A DNA stretch of 64,000 nucleotides from Hormiphora californensis. Taxonomy: Eukaryota; Animalia; Ctenophora. This document shows positions 22,395 through 34,200 of this stretch, piece by piece. Each line of letters starts with the position of its first letter. Position 1 is the stretch's first letter. The position numbers and the translations under genes were made by a program. A model generated the notes under the pieces. That model did no database searches. It was not told the origin of the DNA and saw nothing but the letters and a program-made list of their open reading frames with translations. The stretch spans positions 6,634,001-6,698,000 of the forward strand of contig CM035356.1 of the NCBI GenBank assembly GCA_020137815.1, given 5' to 3'.

Positions 22395-25300
22395 GTGGTA
22401 TGTGTTTCTATCTGGGATAAAAACACCCTCGCCAGTGACGAGTTTATGGGATGTTCATTCATTGCTTTTGAGGATTGCTACACAGACAAGCCAACTGAAA
22501 AGGTACATTATTCCACTGTTTGTCTAAATCTCTAAAATTTCAACAAAAGACCGTATTTCGATAGAATAGTTGCTAAACTAATGCACGCTTCTTGTCGGGA
22601 TCCCGGCAATCTAGAATATTGATCAATTAATTGGTTAACCAACTATGGTTGATAAATTGATTAATTAATTAATTAATATACTAATTAATTAATATGCTGT
22701 TTCTAAAGAAGATCCCCCCTTTCAGACTGCTCCACTTCAAGGTAACTGTGACGGAACAGTTACAGTCAGAATTACACCACATTTTGATACCGCGGCATCA
22801 CGCTTCTTCAAGCTTGAACAAGAGGTAATTAGCGGGTAATTAGTCACCCCATTAATCACCCATTAATCACCCCATTAATCACCCCATTAATCACCCCTTT
22901 TTGCGACAGGTGGACAGGTTCAGCGGCCTAAACGACAAGTTGGAAGGGGAGGTAAACAGGTTAGGGGGTGAAGTCGACAAGATGACAGAGGAAAATGAAA
23001 AGTTTGCTGCTAACAATGCCAAGTTAGAGGAAAATGTTAACAGACTGGAGGGTGAGGTGGACAAAATGACGGAGGTGAGTGTTTGGTACCTTGAGAATTG
23101 AAATGGTGTTTACATCGATTGGTTATAATGCACTAATTAAATCTAAAGTAAACTCATAAAATCACCAAAGCATGGTTTCTAGAAAGTTTTTATTAGTTTC
23201 ACTAACACATATAAGTGCTATTATAAAGACATCTTTCAACAAAGATAAATAGCGCGTGACAATGTGACATGACACGACACAAAGGATAGCATTAACATGC
23301 TAAAACACTAAATGGTTTGGTGACTGTTATATTATCTGCCCATTATTTTACACACATACGAGAATCTCAAACATGGCGTCTGACCCCCCTAAAATTCAAA
23401 ATTACGGTTAATTTTTTGTGCCTCTTCCCCCCCCCCCCCAGATTAAATACAAAGTTAAATTATTTATCCTGTAGGAGAACAACAAGTTTGCTGAAAATAA
23501 CGAAAACTTGAAGAAGGAGGTGGACAGGATTGCAGCAGAAAATGAAAAATTCGCCGAGAACAATGCAAAATTGGAGGAAAATGTAAACAGACTGGAGGGT
23601 GAGGTCGACAAGATGAGTCAGGTAACTCAGAGCAACTTACAGCTACGGATACATTTCTCCCGTGAGGGTATTTTACTATGTTAACCCCGTAACGATCGGC
23701 TCTAATTCGTGGAGAGAGGCATGGATCGCGAATACTATTTCGAAATAGTACTCCGTAGAAAATATTTATGATTAATTTAAATGTAAATCAAATCGGAGTT
23801 ACATTTTGTTTTGCATACAACACTAACATATTCCATCTGTTCCACTAACACTAACACTAACATATTCTACCTGCCAGGAGAATGAGAAGTTTTCCGAAAA
23901 CAATGCCAAGTTAGAGGCTCAAGTTGACGAAATGGGGCAACAAAATGACCGGTTCGAAGGGAATAACAAGAAACTAGGAGGAAGAAAATGCGAAATTCGC
24001 GGAAAACAATGCTGCCCTCCAGGCTGAGGTTGAAAACCTTGGTGCTGAGGTTGAGAAAATGAGCGCTGAAAATGAGAAATTCGCTGCCAATAATGCCGAG
24101 CTTGCTTCCCAAATTGAGGGTCTGACAGGTGAGATTGTTGTTGTTTGAGAAGCATATATGCTCCCATGGAGACTGGGACTGCAGTAATATTACCTTGGTA
24201 ACGAAGTTACCCCTCCCTTGCCAGCGTGCGAAGTGGTAACTTCGTAACCAAAGTCTTATCTTCCTCGACAGGTGAAGTTGCAAAGTTGGGGGAGATTAAC
24301 AACGCGTTGGAGCAGACGAAGGATGAGCTTCAGAGTGCTGTGGCTGCTTTGGAGGGACAGGTTGAGAAGATGGGAGAGGAGAATGCGAGGTTTGAGGAGA
24401 ATAATAATCAACTGGAGGCCAAGATTGGGGAACTATCGGTGAGTAGGAACCATGCTTCTATTTTGAGTGAGTACCATATGTTTGTTTTGTTGAAACCCTT
24501 TTTATTTTTCAACGGGTGCGTTGTCGAGCATGGCACCATTTGTAGTTTACCAGTTTACGACTTAGTTGATTCTAACTGCAGCTGTGTGAGCTCTTTTATA
24601 CAGCTCTAGAAAATTAGATAACCCTATTATTAGATTATTATTAAAAAAGTAATCAAAACTATCCCAACTTTCTCTTTTAGGGAGAGATTGATCGATTCAC
24701 AGAGGAGAATAACAGGTTTAGTGAGAATAACGATAGGCTACAGGGAGAGGTCGAGAAAATGGGAGAGGAAAATGCTAAAATGGAGCAGAATAATAAGGAT
24801 TTGGAGGCTGAAATTAATAGGTAATAGGTCAAAATGTGAATCTGTCTTTTCAAATATTTTCACCTTCTCTTCACCTTTTCGTTTTAGCTAGTCTGAATCA
24901 ACTGAATTCTTTGCAGGCTAAAAGAGCAGATCGATAGAATGGCAGAGGAAAATGAAAAGTTCGCAGAGAATAACGAGAAATTACAGAGTCAGGTATAACA
25001 GCAGTCCTAGTCTACATTATATGGACATTGTCCAACTCTAATTGTTCAAGTTGGATAAATAATGAGTCCTCTAAAATTGCTATTATTTATTTCTAGGTTG
25101 AAGCGTTGGAGGGTGAAAATGCGAAGTTTGCCGCGAATAATGAGCGACTTGAGGAGAGCACCAAACAGCTGGAGGAAACAAATGGAAAGGTATGAGAGCT
25201 TAAGGGATATATCGGAGATTGGAGATGTTATATTGACCATAATTATTCGCATTAAATTATTATTTATAGATAAATCATAGAATAGGTGGTATCGCACTAT

Positions 25301-25776
25301 TGTAACTTTTTGATCATAACCGCGCTGAACTTGATATAGCTCTTTTTCAGTTGTCGGAAAGTGTATCCCAACTTGAGGCTCAAGCCGAGAAGTTCAGAAA
25401 TGTGTACGAAAAGTTAAAGAAGGAAAATGAGAAACTCGCCGAGGTTCGAGATCAGATGCAGGAGCAACTTAATGTAAGTTTTATAAAGGAGTAGCCATAA
25501 AACTAGTTTTATGAAGGAGTAGCCAATATCTAGTTTCATAAAGGAGTAGTCATACATCTAGTTTTATGAAGGAGTAGCAAATATCTAGTTTTATGAAGGA
25601 GTATGAAAATCATTGTCGTGGTCTACGGCACAGTACTATACAGCTAAAAGGGCCACATACGAACAGACCTAAGAGAAAATGAGCGGGTGCCCGAGTGGAG
25701 AGCGAAAAAGGATTGCGAGGTCAAGAGTAAAAAGGAGAAAGAGAGAGAGAGAGAATTTAAGAGAGAGAGAGAATTT

Positions 25777-25826
<50 letters not shown>

Positions 25827-27359
25827 GAGAGAGTTAAAGAGAGAAAATGGAATAGAGAAAATGGGGGATTGAGCCAGATGGGTTATCGATTAAAACCAAA
25901 TCGAACACCGATCCCCATGATATACCAGCTCATGAAGGATTTGATAGTGCACCGTTTATACAGCTCCGCAACATCTTTAGCCCCCCCCACTCCTTCTCAT
26001 CTGATGTGAAATTCACCCGATTTTAGAGACTGCAGTACCGGGAACTCTGAATAAGCAGGTTATAAAATCTCTCTCTCGTGCAGGGATTCCAAAAGCTGCA
26101 AGAGGCCATCTTCTCTCAGCTGAATGAGAAAATGCGGGCAATGGACAGGAGTCTGTTGGAGAAGATAGCAGCTGATATTGAGATGATGGATGATGAACAA
26201 GGTAATTAATTAGTTAATCAAGTTAATTATTAGTTAATTATTTACTAGGTGATTAATCAATTAACTAATTCTGTTGACCACTTCTTCCAGTCGTGGGGGT
26301 CAGGCTGAGGCAAGGGACCTTTAACTTTTTTAGTGTATCAGTGCAGCCCAACCACAATTCTTCCCAACACCGTCAATGTAACACTGTTATGTCCTTGTTG
26401 TTACCTCTAATTACTCAACAAATTGTTGCAGGTTTATCACCGGAGGAGTTTGAGAAGTTCCTAAAGAGAGTTCCATCACATCTCAAGGACAAGTTCCATG
26501 ATGTTGCAAAGGTAATTAATTCTGTAATTATACAGACCCCGATTTGAATCTCAGATGGGGTCCGCGGCGCCAGACAGTGTTTATCCTTTTTACTATTCAT
26601 TATATGATTCTGTCGCGTTTTGAACTTTCGTGAGCACGAGACGTCGAGACAGTATTTTAGAGCTATCAAGTTATATCACCTTGGCTAGTGCCAAGTGTGA
26701 TGTGGTCGCTATAATTATTGGCCGAAAATACAAACTGCGGTATAAATGGGGTCTCTATAAATGTATCCCCTCGGGCCCCTAGCTCATTTACTCATTATAA
26801 CCCGCCTAATGACTCCCTAATTATTCTAACTCATTCTCTCCCTAATTGTACTAACTCATTTTCTCTCTCTAATTGTGCTACGATTCTAACACATTCTCTC
26901 TCAGGGTTTCTCAGCAGTAAGGCGAACAGCTGAAAGCACTGTAAATTAAGTGTCTCCCTTTTTTGCATGATTTGCATCATTTTGCATGATTTGCATGATT
27001 TTGCATGATTTGCACGATATATGCATGATTTGCACGATATATGCATGATTCCCCCGTGTTAATTATGTATTTTGGATAAAAAATATTCATTGCATGATAG
27101 CAAAATTTTGGGGAAAGAATCAAGCAAATTTTAATTGCACATGTACACATCTTTGAGTCGGTTTTTGCACCAGGCACCTCTTTTGGATTTGATTTTAATT
27201 GCTGCACTTTTAGTCTTTCGCATCATGTTGAAACATTCTAATAACTCTCTTCACTCTCAGGATTTCCATACCATTGATGAAAACCAAGATATGGTTATTG
27301 ATGCAGATGAATTTGGGAAAATGCTTGACCAAGTTATGAAAGAGGAGAACTACAACTGA
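22395..27359 (+). CDS. Partial C2 domain + long coiled coil + C-terminal EF-hand pair; 5' end not found
   Basis: VSIWDKNTLASDEFMGCSFIAF...LQGNCDGTVTVRI (C2 end); about 8 exons of ENxKFAENNxxL heptads; GLSPEEF and DENQDMVIDADEF; stop at 27357-27359; one apparent frameshift near 23980. Confidence 0.8.
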
Positions 27360-28223
27360 TCTACCTTCAATTGTGTTGGTCTAATTTCACAAACTGAGTT
27401 TGTTTCTTATTGATATAGGGGTGAGAGTATTATTTTATTTTTGTAATTGGTGAAGATATGCATTTCTGGGTTTGTTTTGTACATTTTTTGAGAGTGAATA
27501 TTTTCAATTATGTTTTGACACTTTTTGACAATGAAAGTCTTTTGTTTTTTGATGTTCTGTTGTTTACGAAAAGACTGTGGTCCAAGACAGCCACATTACT
27601 GGCGGCGCCGACCCGATCAAAACGGCGTCACCCAGCACATGACAACGGTCACACAGCGCGTTGTTCCTTGTCAGCGCACTTCTCATGTGTTTATTTCCCA
27701 CGGCGCGCGTTAATTGCCCTCAGCGCGCCACCTTACTCAAACCTGTGTCACCGCGCCCTACAGAACAACTCAATGAACACAATCCACTAATGAACGGAGT
27801 GAGCTTGTGACGTGGTCATAGTCGGTAGGACGATCTAGCAAAAAGCTCATTACACATTTCATTTGTGTCTCCTTCCCCAAACATCCATTGTCTTCAAATG
27901 GGTACACCAAGGAGGTGTACCCAATTTACCCTCCTTGGTGTACATTTAACCGGTTAAAAGTACAAAACACAGAAATTGTGTGGGAGTGAAAGATAAAACA
28001 TGCATTACATCAGGAAATCACATTAATAAAATAAATTCGGATAAATCGTCTTTCTTGTAAAATAAATCAATTTCTATACACTTTATAGATTACAGAATAT
28101 ACGTTTTTCCTATGAAGTCATAGACGATAATACACAATATTTTGTTAGGCACACACTAAGATTTCTCCAGAGGTTTTTCCAAAGCCCAACTAGAAGGCTC
28201 CTTCTGTCACTGTTTCGTCTCTT

Positions 28224-31200
28224 CTATTCGATTTTCTGGTGTTTTGAGCAGGCAACCTTCCAGAACACGTTCTGAAAACGATTAAATATTAGAACTTAGG
28301 AAATGCTTCATAAGTAGTGAAATCGTTTCTTGATTGTGTGGCATGGTACTCCAACCAAATCACTCAATCCTAAACTATCCCGCAATCCCGCATGTCCTAA
28401 ACTATCCCGCTTGTCCTGCTGTTACCTGTAGGGGCATGAAGGGATCGTGTCTAGTTACCTGTATAGGCATGAATGGATCGTGTCGTCCCAGTATTATGTT
28501 ATTGAGAAGTAGAGACACCATAAAGAGTGCCCCACAGAGGACACCAACGTTCACAGAAATTGGGGCAACACCCGTTATAATGAGAGCGTAGAATACCGCC
28601 AGAACAAGGGACGCTTTAGTGACCCTGATATAGAAAGAAGAGGGGTTAGTAAATAATAACTTTGGGTAGAATGGAAACAGACATAATTTGTTTGTGTAAG
28701 GGGTATAGCCTTGGGATATTCCTTTATTCTTTTTTCTGAAATGTGAGATATATGAGGCATAAACTCTGGCCACTGGCACGTTATTTCAGATACCTTTCTC
28801 CCAGCGCGCCGCTGGGAGAAGGTAGCTGTAGTTTATCCGCCAGTGGCGGATAAACTGGTTTAAATCACGACGACGATCCTGAGGCGTAGCCGAGGGAGAG
28901 GCGGAGGGGTTTAAACCAATAACGTGCCATTGGTCAGAGTTTATGGGTTATATACCCTGCTTTAGTTGTTTGTTTCAAGTATTACACACTAACAAGAGAG
29001 AGAACACTAATCAAAACACACAAAGAGAACTGAGAAACAGTCAAAAACATCTCTCAATTGAGTGTATATTGTTTGGTAACAGTTACTAAGGAGAGAGAGA
29101 AAGAAATAACAAGATATGGGGCATGCCAGACATAACACAGAGGAATTGAGATAGTGAAACAAAAGGGGAGATAAAGAGAGAGAAATTGACGGAATGTGTT
29201 GTTTCTTTCTCTCCAATGCAGTGTGTAACTCTTGCAAACAGTGTTCCCTCTGTATTTCAGTAAGAACTGATCATTTACACACACTTTGAATGTAACATAG
29301 GAGTTAATAATAAACAGCCAGCCAGTGGGAAATAATCTGCCGCTGGACTGGCTGTATATTGAGAGCGCGCCAGTGGGACTTCTCGCCGCTGGCGGGTTAT
29401 TTAAGTTAGCAGGGTATATAAATAAGCAGTGCAGTGCCACGTCATATAAGCGGACGAAAACAATAATGGTCGATGAAAGGACTAATTATAATTATGGAGT
29501 CTTCGTATACTGTCTCTTCATTATGCACAGTAAAAAGCTCTCGTGTAAAACAACACGGTAGATTTAGATATCCAATACAATAGATGAATTTGCGGTTGTA
29601 AAATGTACATCGATGTACTGGATCCATTTTCCAGGACCTACTATTTATGTTAACTTACTCAGAAACTTGTTTCAGCTCAGATTCCCCATCGCCTTCTGCC
29701 GCACAATCCTCCCTTATCTTCCGATCAAGACTCATCATCAGTCTCCCAGAACACCCTGCACAAGGAGATGCGGTTGCTAAGGAAGCATTACTTAGTTGCT
29801 AGGCAGTAATTACTTAGTTGCTAGGCAGTAATTACTAAAATTATTGTACACATCAATTCATCTAATACACTACTGCACAACTGGTTTTACTGCATTACCA
29901 GTTACCACATATATGATATCCACACGTGTAAATGAGGTATAAACTCTGGCCACTGGCGCGTTATTTCAGATAACTTTCTCCCAGCGCGCCGCTGGGAGAA
30001 GTTAGCTGAAGTTTATCCGCCGCTGGCGGATAAACTGGTTTAAATCACGACGACGATCCCGAGGCGGAGCCGAGGGAGAGGCGGAGGGGTTTAAACCTAT
30101 AACGTGCCAGTGGTCAGAGTTTATAGGTTATATACCCTGCTTTAGTTGTTTATTTCAAGTATTACACACCAAAAAGAGAGAGAACACTAATCAAAACACT
30201 CAAAGAGGACTGAGAAATAGTTAAAACACCTCACAATTGAGTGTACACTGATTGGTAACAGTTACTAAGCAGTTGCTAAGGAAAGAGAGTGAAAGAAATA
30301 GCCTGATAAGGGGCATGTCACACATAACACAGAGGAAGAGATAGTGAGACAAAAGGGGAGATAAAGAGAGAGTAATTGACGGAATGTGTCCTTTCTTTCT
30401 CTCCAATGTAGTGTGTAAGTGTTGCACATAGTGTTCCCTCTGTATTTTAGTAAGAACTGATCATTTACACACACTTTGAATGTTCAACATAAATAACCTG
30501 CCAGTGGGAAATAATCTTCCGCTGGACTGGCTGTTTATTGAGAGCGCGCTAGTGGGACTGGCGGGTTATTTAAGTTAGCAGGGTATATAGAATCTTACCG
30601 TCGACAAGCCCACAAAGGATGATGATTGTCAGATGGTTGGGGTAATATTGGTGTCCCTCCTGGCAGGCTATCATCACTAGTCGAGCATGCCTTGCCTCAC
30701 AGATCACTCGAATCGCAAACTGGGGTAAAGGGTGATTAATCAGAAATTAATTAGAGTTACTAATTGGGGTTAATCAGTTCAGCCAATGCAAGAAAAATAT
30801 GCATTTGCTGTGTAAAAAGATTATAAAAGGAAGTAGTCAACTAAAAGACAAACCTGAAGAGGAACAATTTTCTGGTAAGCCTTGAAAAACAAATCACCGG
30901 GACAAAAGAAAACTAACCACCTGGAAATAAAGGTGAATTGAATAAATCATAAAAAGATTAAAGGCTTCCCATGTACCTCCGGGAGATCTCCCAGGGACCT
31001 TCGTCCGGGACGTCATGCACCGCCAAAAAATGTTTTAGAAATGGAATCTAATTTTTTGGAGGTACAGTCGGACCCCGATTTAGTGGCATCCTCGGGGGAA
31101 AGAAATCCTGCCACTAAATCGGGGTGTCACTAAATCGGGGTGAGCCATATTTGGCCCATAAAAACCTATTTTATGCCCAAAATGCTGTACTAATCATGCA

Positions 31201-34200
31201 AGCGCAAAGGTGACCATCCCCTCCCCCCAGCCGCGCGTGCCAGAATGCAGTAATAACTTTTTTTCAGTTTTTAGCCAAAAATGGCATTTTGCGACGCCCA
31301 TAGCGAGGCCCCCACTGCACCGATCGGTCTGAAATTTGGTATACAGTGTTACATAGTATAGATCTACTGTAGTTTAAAAGGGCAAGTCTCTATCTCTTTT
31401 AGTTTTAGAGATAGGGCATCGTGAAAAAAGCAATAAATGTCCCGGGTCTATCTATGTATCTATGTATCTATGTATCTACGGATTGGCCACGGATTGTTGG
31501 TAAGGGTTAGCGAGTTGTCCCGTCAAAACGGTGATAGTTGCGAGAATAAAAATCATGGGAGCACTCTGGATCAATTTCTTGGTAACTTTTTCCATAATTT
31601 TTTGTCAAAAATTCGAAAATTCATTTTTCATTCCTTCATTCATTTCTCGTTCATTTATGATGTGAGCATCCTAATTTTCCATCATGGTGCTATTTTTCTT
31701 TGGCTTGAATTTATCTTTCCAATGAACACCATAAAAATGAAATTGAAGCACCAGGTCACGTTGCAGTTGAGAAAATGCTCATGCATAATTTTGGCTCTTC
31801 CTGCGACTTTCAATGAGCTGTATCACGGCTCCCTTTTGTTCAATCTTTTTCAAAATTTGGGTGAACATTGGATAAACAAAGATCTTTGCTCACAAGAAAA
31901 ATCAAGGTCAAAACTCAAAGTTCATTTTTCATTTTTGGTACTTCATTCCACTCATTCAGGAACTAACATCCCTAAAGTCATGAAAAGTTTTGGGTTTTGT
32001 TTGGCCTATGCTCTGCAATGCCAGAGAGGTGTAGTAGCGTGTTTCCGGGCTAGTTTTTGGGTGTCCATATGATCATGATGATACCTGACACCTTATTTGG
32101 GCCATAATTAAGAGATGTTCTCAAGTTGAAGCATGTGACTTGGGTTTTCTGTGATTGATATCGTGAAACAATGTTATGGGATCCCATAGTACCCCTAAAA
32201 TGATGATTAATTCAACAAAATGAGTTGATTTATTATTGAAAAGATTTAAACCGAAGACAAACTCAACTAAACGAACAATTTCGATCATAAATCAACTCAT
32301 TTTGTTGAATTAATCATCATTTTAGGGGTGCTATGGGATCCCATAACATTGTTTCACGATATCAATCACAGAAAACCCAAGTCACATGCTTCAACTTGAG
32401 AACATCTCTTAATTATGGCCCAAATAAGGTGTCAGGTATCATCATGATCATATGGACACCCAAAAACTAGCCCGGAAACACGCTACTACACCTCTCTGGC
32501 ATTGCAGAGCATAGGCCAAACAAAACCCAAAACTTTTCATGACTTTAGGGATGTTAGTTCCTGAATGAGTGGAATGAACTACCAAAAATGAAAAATGAAC
32601 TTTGAGTTTTGACCTTGATTTTTCTTGTGAGCAAAGATCTTTGTTTATCCAATGTTCACCCAAATTTTGAAAAAGATTGAACAAAAGGGAGCCGTGATAC
32701 AGCTCATTGAAAGTCGCAGGAAGAGCCAAAATCATGCATGAGCATTTTCTCAACTGCAACGTGACCTGGTGCTTCAATTTCATTTCTATGGTGTTCATTG
32801 GAAAGATAAATTCAAGCCAAAGAAAAATAGCACCATGATGGAAAATTAGGATGCTCACATCATAAATGAACGAGAAATGAATGAAGGAATGAAAAATGAA
32901 TTTTCGAATTTTTGACAAAAAATTATGGAAAAAGTTACCAAGAAATTGATCCAGAGTGCTCCCATAATTTTTTCCCTGCCCGGGTGAATGCCGAAGGCAT
33001 TCACCCGGATGCCTTTTTACTTTGTAAAAAGGCATAGCAGGGTTAGAATTCGAAAACGACATTTTGGTATACTAACTAATCGGTAGAGGGACATTTTTTG
33101 GTCACACTTTCGTTGCGTGGGCAACGGTGTAGCAACTAGAGCCGCGCGCACAGTGACGAGCTACTCCTTCATCAAACACCTCATTGACACAGTTTGATGG
33201 ACGTGTGTGCGCGCGCCACTCAACAAAACATGAAATGCTCTGCCGCACGTTTCGCGTGTTACATACACATTTTCATCTTGCGAGTCGAGTGTGAGATGTT
33301 AGATAAGTAGTTAAGTTGGAATGTCAAAAGCTGGTTAGCAAGTGTCATGTGATTGGGAGTTAGTTAACTCTAAGCTATGTGAGAAGTATACTGACAGTTA
33401 GATCGTATGCATCTCATATTACATTATGACCAAGCCTTGATCCTGTTGGCAGTGACAATGTCACTGACATGTGAAACGGTAGGGCAGGGAAACACAGCAT
33501 TATGAATACATAATGCAATAATTCTTGTTATTCTTGCAACTATCACCGTTTTGACGGGACAACTCGCTAACCCTTACCAACAATCCGTGGCCCACCTTGG
33601 TGGGCCACGGATTGTTGGTCATGGTTAGCGAGGTGGTGTGTCAAAACGGTGATAGTTGTGAGAATAAAAATTATGGGAGCACTCTGGATCAATTCCTTGG
33701 TAACTTTTTCCATAATTTTTTGTCGAAAATTCGAAAATTCATTTTTCATTCCTTCATTCATTTCTCGTTCATTCATGATGTGAGCATCCTAATTTTCCAT
33801 CATTAAGCTATTTTTCTTTGGCTTGAATTTATCTTTCCAATGAGCACCATAAAAATGAAATTGAAGCACCTGGTCACGCAGCAGTTGAGGAAATGTTCAT
33901 GCATGATTTTGGCTCTTTTTGCGACTTTCAATGAGCTATATCACGGCGACCTTCCGTTCAATCTTCTTCAAAATTTGGGAAAACATTGGATAAGCAAAGA
34001 TCTTTGCTCACAAGAAAAATCAAGGTTAAAGGTCAAAGTTCATTTTTCATTTTTGTTTGTTCATTCCGTTCATTCAGGAACCAACATCCCTAAAGTGATA
34101 AAAATGTTTGGGTTTTGTTTGGCCCATGTCCTGTAATGACAGAGAGGTGTAATAGCGTGTTTCCGGGCTAGTTTGTGGGTATCCATGTGATCATGATGAT

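Noticed and set aside
22446-22502. MGC start suggesting myristoylation/palmitoylation
   Set aside because: The frame is open upstream to an acceptor at 22395 and reads as an internal C2 strand (SDEFMGC)
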